Source: Candidatus Zixiibacteriota bacterium (GTDB lineage Bacteria; Zixibacteria; MSB-5A5; GN15; JACZUZ01). From it: a stretch of DNA of 64,000 nucleotides. Position numbers and translations under genes: made by a program. The DNA lies in assembly GCA_024280835.1 (NCBI GenBank), contig JAJRPJ010000011.1, positions 308,404 through 372,403 of the forward strand, given 5' to 3'. A model generated the notes under the pieces. That model ran no database searches. It worked only from the letters and a program-made list of their open reading frames with translations, and was not told the origin of the DNA. Below are positions 9,238-19,263 of the stretch, in pieces. Within the stretch, counting starts at the first letter, position 1. Every line of letters begins with the position of its first letter.

Positions 9238-9777
9238 CTACTGATTTTTGACAAAGTTGCTATAGGTAACTGAGTACTCGTCATCGAAATAGATTTCGGT
9301 TATGTCCGAGTATTCAATACTGTGCATTGGTTTGTTCCATTCCAAATCCGTGTCAAAACTCTTCAGAATCACTGCCTTGTCTTTGAGTGAGTAAATGTAA
9401 CCCATTACGAATGAGTTTCTTGCAACTATACTCCTCTCTATGCAAACACACTTCCTTTGTGTTTTTAGGCAAGTGAGAAGGCTTTTCCAGCTACCAATGC
9501 GCAGCCAACTTGGCGAGAAGTGATTCTCCATTTCTCCAGTTGATTTGAGAATCTTTTGACCAACTATTTCGACATTGCTCCTTCTTACCTTGACGATATC
9601 TTTTAGTCTGATAACTCTAATTCCATCAAAATGGAATTCGCGAATGTCGTGGATCGCTACCAAAGAACGAGAGAGTCGAATTGGTATTCCCGAATATTCA
9701 TCGTTTTCACTAGGGGTATCGAGATATATTTTTATCTTACTGGATTTCGCGAGATATTTTTCTAGACGATCTTTCAT
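9238..9777 (-). CDS. Hypothetical protein, paralogue of 9785-10330
   Basis: Gap-free alignment to its neighbour (GIPI, IRLKDIV, SWKSLL, LKSFD, YSDITE, DEY). Confidence 0.75.
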   Translation of the reverse strand: MKDRLEKYLAKSSKIKIYLDTPSENDEYSGIPIRLSRSLVAIHDIREFHFDGIRVIRLKDIVKVRRSNVEIVGQKILKSTGEMENHFSPSWLRIGSWKSLLTCLKTQRKCVCIERSIVARNSFVMGYIYSLKDKAVILKSFDTDLEWNKPMHSIEYSDITEIYFDDEYSVTYSNFVKNQ

Positions 9778-9784
9778 TGGATAA

Positions 9785-10330
9785 TCATTTCTGAGAGCTA
9801 TTGACGAACTCGCTGAAACTCACTGTGTACTCATCACCGAAACCAACTTCGGTAATATCAGAGTATTTGATTTTGTGCTTTGGTTTGCACCATTTGCCAT
9901 GGGCATCAAAGCTCTTTAGTACGACACAATCGTCACTCAGGGAATGTACTTCCCCTATGGCAAAAACATCGACTTCAATTAGACCGCTCTCGACCTTTGC
10001 GCATACACTTTCTTTTTTCACAAATGCTAGCAGACTTTTCCATGAAGTTATTCGCAACCCACTTGGTTTTGCTAGATTCTTGAGCGCTCCTATCTCTTTC
10101 AGAATTCTCTGCTTGGTAACCTCAAATTCATTTCTCCTGATTCCGACAATATCTTTCAGTCTTATGATTCTGAATCCATCGAGATGGAATAGATCGATTT
10201 CGTAAAAAGTAACCAACGTTCGGGAACGCAGAATTGGTATTCCGTAGAACGAATCGTCTTCGCCCTCAATTTCAAGTTCAATTTCGATGACGCTGGAATT
10301 GGCTATGTGCTTATCGATTCGCTCTTTCAT
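9785..10330 (-). CDS. Hypothetical protein, paralogue of 9238-9777
   Basis: As above; 7-nt intergenic spacing. Confidence 0.75.
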   Translation of the reverse strand: MKERIDKHIANSSVIEIELEIEGEDDSFYGIPILRSRTLVTFYEIDLFHLDGFRIIRLKDIVGIRRNEFEVTKQRILKEIGALKNLAKPSGLRITSWKSLLAFVKKESVCAKVESGLIEVDVFAIGEVHSLSDDCVVLKSFDAHGKWCKPKHKIKYSDITEVGFGDEYTVSFSEFVNSSQK

Positions 10331-10400
10331 TGTGGGACACCTTCAAAACATAAGTAACGAAAGTTACTCTGACAAATATGTAACTGACAATACTATTCGC

Positions 10401-10835
10401 TTAAGTTGCGGGTTTGAATTCTAGGCTTGATTTCAGGGCCGTTAGGTCTTCGGGGATGTCTTCGTAGATTTCGTTGGCGGCTTGGACGAAACTGGCGCGG
10501 TCGATGGCTTTGTCGCGAGCTACTGCTTCGATCATGTCGTAGTGACGCGCGTCTTCGAGCAAGTCGATGGTGCGATTTAGGAAGTTGATGAATTGTGCGC
10601 GCATTTCATCAGCGAGGGACATGACTTTTTCGGGATCACAGCCAGCAAAAAAATTCGCGAGACGCTCTAGTGATTTTATTCTATCGACACCAAAGATGTT
10701 TGGTTGTTCGTCGAGCTCTTCGTCGGGTGTGTTATCGGCGGCAAAATACTGAAAACCGTCCTCGCGATTTGTAATTCGGCGCTGGAGTTCTTCAATCAAT
10801 TCGAGTTTGCTTTTTATTTCTTTTTTTTGTCCCAT
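10401..10835 (-). CDS. Hypothetical acidic helical protein
   Basis: 144-aa ATG-initiated ORF co-oriented downstream of mazG. Confidence 0.65.
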   Translation of the reverse strand: MGQKKEIKSKLELIEELQRRITNREDGFQYFAADNTPDEELDEQPNIFGVDRIKSLERLANFFAGCDPEKVMSLADEMRAQFINFLNRTIDLLEDARHYDMIEAVARDKAIDRASFVQAANEIYEDIPEDLTALKSSLEFKPAT

Positions 10836-10894
10836 AATTGCCAGCCCTATATCAGTAGTTGCGCTTGACCCCTAGATGTCATTCCGGCTCTGCT

Positions 10895-11704
10895 TTATTT
10901 CGTTTCTGCCTTTTTGGCCTGAGTCCAGCGACTCTCGAGTTCTGCGAGAGAGAATTCGTCCCAAGGCTTGCCTGAGTCGATGACACTCTCTTCTATAAAG
11001 GTAAACCGTCGACGAAACTTTTGCAATGATCCTTTTAGCGCTTGTTCGGGATTTATGCCTAATTTTCGAGAGAGAGAGCAGACAACAAACAGTAAATCTC
11101 CGACTTCTTCGGTCTGTTTATCTAGGTTTTTTAGATCAATAGCTTCTTGTAATTCGCTGAGTTCTTCGTTGATTTTTTCGACTATCGGCGCTGAGTCTGG
11201 CCAGTCGAATCCGACACCTGCGGCTTTTTCACCGAGACGAAACGCTAGAGTTAAGGCGGGCATTGATTTTGGAGCGCCGTCGAGCAGGCGTTTTTGTTTT
11301 CCGTCGGCTTGGGTTTCACTGAGTTTTTGTTTTTCCCATTGCTGACGAACTTCAGCGGCGCTAGCGAGTTTGGCGTTGGCGCCGAAGACATGCGGGTGAC
11401 GGCGAATTAGCTTTTCGACCACGCCTGTGATTACTTCATCAAGCTTAAAACTTTGGCGCTCTTCGCCAACTATTCCATGGAAAACAAATTGCACCAGCAA
11501 ATCACCGAGCTCTTCTTTGAGTTGTTCGGGTTGGCCTTCTTCGATGGCGTCAATTACTTCGTAGCATTCCTCAATTAGGTACGGAATAAGTGTTTCATGG
11601 GTTTGTTTGGCGTCCCACGCGCAACCATCTGGGGCGCGGAGGATTTTCATTAGAGTTACTAGACGCTCAAACGGCGGTAGGGATTTATCGGGTGGTGTCG
11701 GCAT
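10895..11704 (-). CDS. mazG: Nucleoside triphosphate pyrophosphohydrolase MazG
   Basis: LR..DGC.WD..QTH, EE.YE, EELGDLL, KLIRRHPHVF, GFDW, EVGDLLF. Confidence 0.95.
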   Translation of the reverse strand: MPTPPDKSLPPFERLVTLMKILRAPDGCAWDAKQTHETLIPYLIEECYEVIDAIEEGQPEQLKEELGDLLVQFVFHGIVGEERQSFKLDEVITGVVEKLIRRHPHVFGANAKLASAAEVRQQWEKQKLSETQADGKQKRLLDGAPKSMPALTLAFRLGEKAAGVGFDWPDSAPIVEKINEELSELQEAIDLKNLDKQTEEVGDLLFVVCSLSRKLGINPEQALKGSLQKFRRRFTFIEESVIDSGKPWDEFSLAELESRWTQAKKAETK

Positions 11705-11817
11705 ACACTTATCGTTCTTTCACTGATTTGGAATTATCTCATTGTCTCAGGCAGACTGAATTGGCCTGCCCATTATGTATATTGTATCAACTCAATTCTG
11801 ATTGAGCAACCGCTCTG

Positions 11818-11979
11818 AGGCCTGTTGATAAAGTCCCATTTGTTGTGTCAGGTCTTGATTTTCGCTTTTTGAAAATTGTGACCTGACACTCGCTCAGATG
11901 GAAAGCGTCGGGTCACACAACGGCAAAAAGCGCCGTCGCAAGACCCAACGCAACGGTTTCGGGGTTTATCAACAAGCCC
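11818..11979. mobile_element. 162-bp MITE with internal REP-like hairpins
   Basis: TIRs AGGCCTGTTGATAAA / TTTATCAACAAGCCC (13/15). Direct TCTG on both flanks (11814-17 and 11980-83). Two internal inverted hairpin units. Confidence 0.7.
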
Positions 11980-12072
11980 TCTGCGGCATTCTTGAGATAT
12001 TTTGCCATGTAACTTGTTCCAGCGCATGGCGATAGTGATTATTGGCATAGTGTAAAGTTGATTAAGATAGTA

Positions 12073-12101
12073 TTGACTTCGTGTCGATGATAAAATATGT
12101 T
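12073..12101 (+). promoter_or_regulatory. sigma70 promoter of valS
   Basis: TTGACT-N17-TATGTT. Confidence 0.55.
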
Positions 12102-12270
12102 TTCGGCCGTCAGAGTAGTAGCGAATCTCTGGGGTATTATACCATATATATAGCTCGGCATTTGGCGATATGGACAAGCGCTGGAAATGCCAATCACACT
12201 CAGCCAGAACGGCAGAATTACCACAACAGTATTAGTAGAGCAGTATTTTAGAAAAGATGATTGTAAGAAT

Positions 12271-14991
12271 ATGAGTAAACAAGCAGACAAGACATCAGAG
12301 TCAACAGATTCCCAGACTGATTCACAGGCGCTGACCGCCAAGCCATATGATCCACATGAGGTCGAAGAGCGTTGGTTGGATAGCTGGGAGAAGTCAGAAT
12401 ATTTTCACGGCGATCCTCAGAGTTCAAAAGACCCGTACAGTATTGTCATACCTCCGCCGAATGTGACGGATATTCTCCATTTGGGTCATGCGCTCAATAA
12501 CGCGATTCAGGATATTTTGATTCGTAAACATCGCATGAGCGGCTATGAAGCCAATTGGTTCCCTGGCGCTGATCATGCGGGAATTGCGACTCAGGTTATG
12601 GTCGAGAAGAAGTTGCACAAAGAGGGCAAGACTCGTCGCGAGTTGGGGCGTAAGAAGTTTTTGGAATTGACCCGCGGTTGGGCTGACACTAACAAAGAGA
12701 AGATTCTCGGACAACTGCGTCGAATTGGTTGTTCTTGTGATTGGCAACGCACGGCATTTACGCTTGATGAGTCACGGTCTTTGGCGGTGCGTGAGGCTTT
12801 TGTACGTTTGTATGACAAGGGTTTGATTTACCGCGGTAACCGAATTGTTAATTGGTGTCCTTCTTGTCAGACTTCGCTCTCTGATGATGAAGTTGAGCAT
12901 ATCGACAAGAGTGGTTCGCTGTGGTATATCCACTATAAGATTGCTGGCGTTGAGGAATATTTGACAGTCGCTACTACTCGTCCTGAGACTATGCTGGGTG
13001 ATACGGCTTTGGCGGTTAATCCGTCTGATCCGAGGTTTAGTAAGTATGTTGGCAAGAGCGCTATTTTGCCGCTTTTGGATCGGGAGATTCCGATTGTCGC
13101 TGATGAATATGTTGACGCTGAGTTCGGCACGGGCGTGGTTAAGATTACTCCCGCGCATGACCCGAATGATTTTGAAGTTGGTAAACGTCATGAGTTGCCG
13201 AGTATCAATGTTCTGACACATGACGGACATATCAACGAAAACGGTGGTCGTTTCAAAGGGCTGGATAGGTATGAGGCGCGTAAGCAGATTATTGCCGAGC
13301 TTGAGAAACGCCATCAGCTTGAGAAGACCGAAGATCATGCGTTGAATGTTGGAACTTGTTATCGCTGTCACACAGTTGTTGAGCCATATTTGTCTGACCA
13401 GTGGTTTGTGAAAATGGGACCTTTGGCGAAACCTGCGCTTGAGGCTTTTCACGAAAAGAAACTGCGTTTCCATCCTGAGTATTGGGGCAAGACATACTTG
13501 CATTGGATGGACAATATACGTGATTGGTGTATTTCCAGACAACTTTGGTGGGGACATCGGATTCCGATTTTCTACTGTGATGACTGTAGCGAGGTTTCTG
13601 CGAGTGTCGATGTTTTGAGCGCTTGCCCGAAATGTGACTCTACTAATATCAGGCAAGAAGAAGATGTGCTTGACACATGGTTCTCGTCATGGCTGTGGCC
13701 GATGACGACTATGGGTTGGCCTGCGAAAACACCTGAGCTTGAGTTTTTCTATCCGACAAAGGTTTTGGTGACGGGTTCGGAGATTATTTTCTTGTGGGTT
13801 GCTCGGATGGTGATGGCTGGTTATGAGTTCCAAGGCGAGTTGCCGTTTAATGATGTTTATATTCACGGCACTGTGCGTGACGACAAGGGCGTTAAGATGT
13901 CCAAGTCACTGGGCAATGGCATTGATCCGCTGGAGGTGATTGAGCAATACGGCGCTGATTCATTGCGTGTTTCGATGATACTCGCCACACCTGACGGACA
14001 AGACCCTTGGCTCTCTAAAAACTCATTTGAGCTTGGGCGTAATTTCATAAATAAGATTTTTCAATCCTCGCGCTTCTTGCAAATGCGCACACCTGAAGGT
14101 TTCAGTTGTGATGTCTCATCTGCACCTGCTAAAGCTGGATTGGCCCTACCTGATCGTTGGATTCTCTCCAAATTGCAGAGCGCGATCGAAAATATTGAGA
14201 AGTCATTCAATAGTTTCCGTCTCTCTGCGGCTTTGAAAGAGCTGTATGATTTTGCTTGGAATGATTTCTGTTCGTGGTATATCGAACTTATCAAACCTGA
14301 CACGCAAAACACTCCTATACAGGAACAGTCTTTGAGGGTGGCCTATTATGCGCTTGATTCTATTTTGCGCTTGATGCATCCGTTTGCGCCATTCTTTTCT
14401 GAGGAACTTTCGACTCGTTTGCGAGATGCTGGAATAACCAAGACTGGTGATCGTCAAACACTTTCTTTTGGACCTTGGCCAAAAACAGATTCATCACTAA
14501 CTGATGACACCGCTGAAGCGTCATTGAATTCGATCAAGGCGGTTGTTGATGGTGTGCGTTCTCTGCGTGCAGAGATGAATGTTCCGCCAGGGAAAACTTG
14601 TGACTTGTATGTCAAAGTTAGTGACGAGAGTTACGGCAAGACACTTGAAGAGTATCACAGTTATTTCCGTTCATTGGTCAAAGTTGAGAACTTGACAGTT
14701 GGTCCTGCGGTTAAGAAGCCGCCACTTTCAGCTTCGGTTGTGGTTACTGGCGCCGAGATATTTGTGCCGCTGGAGGGACTAATTGATGTTGAGAAAGAAC
14801 GCTCACGTCTTGAGAAGGAGTTGGACAAGCTCAAGGGCTTGTTAGATCGTCTACGGCGTAAGTTGGCCAATGCTGATTTCCTCAAGAACGCTCCAGATAC
14901 AATCGTGGCTCTTGAGAAGACTAAGCAAAGTGACCTAGAAGATCGGATTGCTAAGCTTGATAGTAATTTGGAGCAGTTGACTGGATGGTAG
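12271..14991 (+). CDS. valS: Valine--tRNA ligase
   Basis: PPPNVT..LHLGH (HIGH), DHAGIATQ, ISRQLWWGH, KMSKS, C-terminal coiled coil. Start MSKQ chosen. Confidence 0.97.
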   Translation: MSKQADKTSESTDSQTDSQALTAKPYDPHEVEERWLDSWEKSEYFHGDPQSSKDPYSIVIPPPNVTDILHLGHALNNAIQDILIRKHRMSGYEANWFPGADHAGIATQVMVEKKLHKEGKTRRELGRKKFLELTRGWADTNKEKILGQLRRIGCSCDWQRTAFTLDESRSLAVREAFVRLYDKGLIYRGNRIVNWCPSCQTSLSDDEVEHIDKSGSLWYIHYKIAGVEEYLTVATTRPETMLGDTALAVNPSDPRFSKYVGKSAILPLLDREIPIVADEYVDAEFGTGVVKITPAHDPNDFEVGKRHELPSINVLTHDGHINENGGRFKGLDRYEARKQIIAELEKRHQLEKTEDHALNVGTCYRCHTVVEPYLSDQWFVKMGPLAKPALEAFHEKKLRFHPEYWGKTYLHWMDNIRDWCISRQLWWGHRIPIFYCDDCSEVSASVDVLSACPKCDSTNIRQEEDVLDTWFSSWLWPMTTMGWPAKTPELEFFYPTKVLVTGSEIIFLWVARMVMAGYEFQGELPFNDVYIHGTVRDDKGVKMSKSLGNGIDPLEVIEQYGADSLRVSMILATPDGQDPWLSKNSFELGRNFINKIFQSSRFLQMRTPEGFSCDVSSAPAKAGLALPDRWILSKLQSAIENIEKSFNSFRLSAALKELYDFAWNDFCSWYIELIKPDTQNTPIQEQSLRVAYYALDSILRLMHPFAPFFSEELSTRLRDAGITKTGDRQTLSFGPWPKTDSSLTDDTAEASLNSIKAVVDGVRSLRAEMNVPPGKTCDLYVKVSDESYGKTLEEYHSYFRSLVKVENLTVGPAVKKPPLSASVVVTGAEIFVPLEGLIDVEKERSRLEKELDKLKGLLDRLRRKLANADFLKNAPDTIVALEKTKQSDLEDRIAKLDSNLEQLTGW

Positions 14992-15044
14992 GTGACAAGA
15001 GAAGATAGAACTCTGTTGGACGTGAGTTTGGCTCACCGAATATG

Positions 15045-15090
15045 AAAAGCCCCGCTACGAAGTTTTGACTTCGCAACGGGGCTTTTGTTT
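15045..15090. terminator. Bidirectional terminator
   Basis: AAAAGCCCCG…CGGGGCTTTT between the convergent valS and regulator genes. Confidence 0.85.
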
Positions 15091-15107
15091 TGGGATGTTC
15101 TTGACTG

Positions 15108-16562
15108 CTATTTGATTTCGTTGAGTGCGTACTCTTTGATTTTGTAGAGCAAAGAACGATAGCTGATGTCCAGTAGCTGGGATGCTTTGCGGCGATTCCA
15201 ATTGGTCTTGGTTAGCGCCGCTCGAATCAACTGACTTTCCTCTTTGGTGACGACTTTCTCAATGCGCGCTTTGAGAGAGTAGCCATCGGTCTCTGGATCA
15301 AATGACGCGGAAAACTTCTCGTGAATGTGAGCTGTTGGGGTTGTGCTATAGCTGCCATTTGTCTCATATGGCGCTTGTGCCACAACACGAGATGAAGTTG
15401 CCAGTAGGTCATTGACAATCGATTCGTCATTGCGGACTACCATTTGTTTGATGAAGTTTTCAAGTTGACGAACATTGCCAGCCCACTCAAAATCGATGAG
15501 CTTTTTCATTGTCTCAGATGAAATATCTGGCAGTGACTTCTTGTACATCTTATTGTAGCGCTCGATAAAGTGATTTACCAAGAGCGGAACATCATCAGGT
15601 CGTTGACGCAGTGGCGGCAAGCCGAGAGTGATCTCATTGAGGCGATAGAATAAATCGTCGCGGAATTGTTTAGCGCTAATGGCTTCTTCGAGATTCTTGT
15701 TGGTCGCACTGACAATTCGCACATCCACGCGAATGTTTTGCACTCCACCCACTCGCACGAATTCTCGCTGTTCGATGGCTTGCAAGAGTTTTGACTGTAA
15801 CTCAATGGGCATATCACCGATTTCATCAAGAAAGATTGTACCCTTGTCGGCGACTTCGAAGCGTCCCTGTTTGGTTTTGTGAGCGCCAGTGAAAGCGCCT
15901 TTTTCGTAGCCAAAGAGTTCGGCCTCAAGCAGGTCACGTGGGATTGCGGCGCAATTGACTTTGACGAAAGGTTTCTTGGCGCGAGGTGATTTGCTGTGTA
16001 ATGTGCGCGCGGCAATTTCTTTGCCTGTGCCAGATTCACCACGAATTAGGACTGTTAGTTCTGATGGAGCAACTTGCTCGACAAGCTCTCGCACTTTGGC
16101 CATGGCGGCTGATTCGCCAATAAACATATTGCCGTCACGTGAGGCGCTCAACTCTTTTTGTAGGCCGACAACTTTGTTTTTGAGTTTACGACGTTCGATG
16201 GCGGTTTTCAGATGAATACCGACTTCTTCGATTTCGAAGGGTTTTTTGATAAACTCAGTCGCGCCACGTTTCATGGCTTCGACAATCATTTCGGTCTCGG
16301 CGTGACCTGAGAGCATGAGCACATCAGGGTGATTTTCAACTTTCTTTAGTTTGTCTAAAACTTCGAGGCCGCTCATACCTGGCATTTTGATATCTAGCAG
16401 GATGATATCAGGCGACTCGGTAGTCACCATTTGGATGCCTTCGATACCGTCTCGGGCGGATTTGAATTCAAAATCACCAGAAAGGCCTTTGTTCAGCATC
16501 CATGACACATTTGGATCATCGTCGATTACTAGCACTTTCAATTGTTCTGACTTGCGCGGCAT
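15108..16562 (-). CDS. sigma54-dependent NtrC/AtoC-family response regulator
   Basis: REC domain, GESGTGKE, intact GAFTGA, FLDEIG, W.GNVRQL, Fis HTH. Confidence 0.95.
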   Translation of the reverse strand: MPRKSEQLKVLVIDDDPNVSWMLNKGLSGDFEFKSARDGIEGIQMVTTESPDIILLDIKMPGMSGLEVLDKLKKVENHPDVLMLSGHAETEMIVEAMKRGATEFIKKPFEIEEVGIHLKTAIERRKLKNKVVGLQKELSASRDGNMFIGESAAMAKVRELVEQVAPSELTVLIRGESGTGKEIAARTLHSKSPRAKKPFVKVNCAAIPRDLLEAELFGYEKGAFTGAHKTKQGRFEVADKGTIFLDEIGDMPIELQSKLLQAIEQREFVRVGGVQNIRVDVRIVSATNKNLEEAISAKQFRDDLFYRLNEITLGLPPLRQRPDDVPLLVNHFIERYNKMYKKSLPDISSETMKKLIDFEWAGNVRQLENFIKQMVVRNDESIVNDLLATSSRVVAQAPYETNGSYSTTPTAHIHEKFSASFDPETDGYSLKARIEKVVTKEESQLIRAALTKTNWNRRKASQLLDISYRSLLYKIKEYALNEIK

Positions 16563-16659
16563 ATTGCAGTATCCTTACTCACACTCCGTGACAACTGCTC
16601 TAAGGAACAGTTTGTGGCAACTTTTCTTAGAGGCTTGTATTTAGCGCCTCTATTGATTT

Positions 16660-16686
16660 GTATCGGCTGGAGAGTGTGAAAAGTGG
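16660..16686 (-). promoter_or_regulatory. sigma28-like promoter of the sigma54 activator
   Basis: CCAC-N15-GCCGATAC, 98 nt upstream of the start. Confidence 0.55.
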
Positions 16687-16812
16687 AGCGACTTTGCGGC
16701 AATTAGATTCGCATGTGCAATGCTAGTTCATTCTTACCAGAGACATGTGACAAGCTAGCGTCCATATTGAAACAACTGGGACTAGCATTACTTAAGGGCA
16801 TAAACGCAAGCG

Positions 16813-19011
16813 TCAGATATTGCTATCAACAGTTATGTCTTCCATAGGAAAATACAGAGTAAAGGTAGCGCCTTCATCTTCCTCGGACGTTACTGTGATT
16901 GTTCCGTTGTGTGCGGACATGATTCGTTCGACAACAGCCAAGCCAAGTCCAGTGCCAGTTTCTTTGGTAGTAAAGTATCTATCAAATAGCTTTGAAATAT
17001 CTTGTTTCTTGATGCCTGTTCCCGTGTCCATGATTGAGAGGGCTAGGTAGTCACTACTTTTGAAATCTGGACGGTCAATTTTTCCCCTAACAGTTAATTC
17101 TCCACCGTCAGGCATGGCATCCACGGCGTTCATCATCAGATTTAACAAGACTTCAAACACTTGATTTTTGTTTACAATCACTTCCCAGTTTGTGTCGGAG
17201 AAGCTAAATTGTGTGGTGATGCGATGCTTTTGCAAGTCGGGTGCGACTAACTCAATCGCTCTGACAACTAGGCGCCGTAGGTCTGTTTTTTCGGCTTCGT
17301 ATTTGTGAGGTTTCGAAAAGTCAACTAGCTCACTGACTAGTTCGTTTAGCCGATGTGACTCTTCTTCAATTAGCCGAATCAATTGCGAGCTATCTTCGCT
17401 GGCGCTATCGCCGATTTCTTTTCTGAGAAGGCCGATTGAGCCTTTGATGGCTGTTAGTGGCTTACGTAAATCGTGCGATATCTCTGATATCATATTGCCC
17501 ATAGTTAAGAGCCGTGAAGCATTTAGCATGGCTCTTTCCTTTTCGAACAGCGAAGCCGATTGGGATACAACAATATCTGCTAGAGAGCGCTCATGGATAT
17601 TGTAGTCATCCAAGTAGCTAGTGCCGAAGCAAAACAAATAAGTCACTGCCCCCCCCCGACTAACTGGCGCTACCATGAAGGCATCGTTAGCATCGCATCC
17701 AAGGCCAATACGTGGCAGGCATTCGGCGATATACGTTTCCAAGTCTTTGCGATTTGATGTTTCCATGCGCTCAACCGCTACGCCACGGATTACAGGATCG
17801 CTTACTTTGTCATCACCGAAAACAATATTCCCAGAATCGGAGTATTCCATTTGCTTTCCGTAGGCGCCAACGGCTTTTAGAGTTTGTGTACGATTGTCGT
17901 TTTGGAGCCAAATACAATATTCAAGAGGTATCAATTAACTTAGTGTTTTGAATACTAAAGCTAACATGTCTTTTTGTGAAGTCACGAACTTCATTTTTTC
18001 AGTTAGATCATGAATTGCGCGGAACTCTGCTAGTTGTCTTGAGATTTCATCGAACTGACGTGAATCATTGATTACCACTGCCGCCTGCGCGGCGAACATA
18101 ATTGCCAAACGCAAGTCTGCCTCACTAAAGACGGCGCCGTCTGTTTTGCGCGACAGATTAATGACACCTAGGATATTGGAGCCGACTTTTAGAGGCACAC
18201 ATATCAGTGAGGCATTGCCATACCGCGCGCCGCTCTTGCGCTTGAATCGCGCGTCCTCTTCCACATTCTCAATCAATAGCGGGTCTCCTGATTTGGCGAC
18301 ATAACCTGAGATTGACTTGCCTAGTGGCTGACGGACTTCGTGGACGATTTGCGATTCTAATCCCAATGCGGCGGCAATCGTCAAGTAGGCGCCTGACTGA
18401 TCGATGAGCATTATCGAGCCGACTGTTGCGTGGGTAACTTTGGCTGCCAACGCTAGAATATTTTCTAGAAGGGCTCTAGTGTCTGAGGTTGAAGACAATG
18501 ACACGCTGGCATCATAGAGAGCATTTATTTCATCAAATCTACTAGATAGTTGGCGATTCGATTCTCCGAGTGTCTCTAGTAGATTCCGTTTGTGTGACTC
18601 GAGATGTTGACGTTCACGCGCTTTTTTAAGTGATGAATGTAATCTGTCAATACTCACTGGTTTGATGAGATAGTCGGAGGCTCCCATGCTCAGCGCCTCG
18701 ATTGCAGTTTCGACTGTAGCGTGGCCAGTGAAGAGAATTACGCAGACGTTGTTGTCGGCTTCCCGTGCTTTTTTTAGAATTTCCAGGCCATTCAAGCCAG
18801 GCATTTTCAAGTCTGTTAGGATTATATCCCAACGATTGGTACTGATTTCCAAGTAGGCTTTTTTCGGATCTTCGAAGGCTACGACCTCGTAGCCGTCCTC
18901 AGTGAGAATCTGACGAATGGATTCTAAGACTGACGGCTCATCATCAATGAGCATCACACGCTGAACTGTGGAATTCTGATCTTTGGCGCTTGTTTCTCTG
19001 GTTTGTTTCAA
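16813..19011 (-). pseudogene. REC-GAF-GAF-HisKA-HATPase hybrid kinase interrupted by one in-frame TAA (17935-17937)
   Basis: The two ORFs abut in the same frame (KTLS*LIPLEY). H-box EISHDLRKPL, N/G boxes and GTGLGL are in the distal part. Confidence 0.75.
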
Positions 19012-19145
19012 GAGTATTTTCTCAGCTGAATTTGTTTAATGGTTCATCGACACTCTACAACACCTAGTAACGCCCAACAATAAAGTCGAAGCATTATTCG
19101 AACTAGAAATGTTGCATTTGTTTCCGAGCTTTGTCTATGAATATG

Positions 19146-19172
19146 TTATCGGCCCGAAAGCCAACATCCTCA
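19146..19172 (-). promoter_or_regulatory. sigma28-like promoter of the hybrid kinase
   Basis: Perfect -10 GCCGATAA with a weak -35 (TGAG) at N15. Confidence 0.5.
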
Positions 19173-19263
19173 TAGAGAGAATTTCAAAACTGGATTTTCA
19201 CAATGAAACACGAGCTGTGCTGAAATTACAAGACTTGATTACTGGAAGTGTTGAACCTTAAAC

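Noticed and set aside
5221-10835. Integron cassette array
   Set aside because: No integrase and no recurring attC (RYYYAAC…GTTRRRY) pattern between the small genes.
12772-13656. 294-aa antisense ORF and other shadow ORFs
   Set aside because: Fully inside well-supported genes such as valS, with no recognisable motifs.
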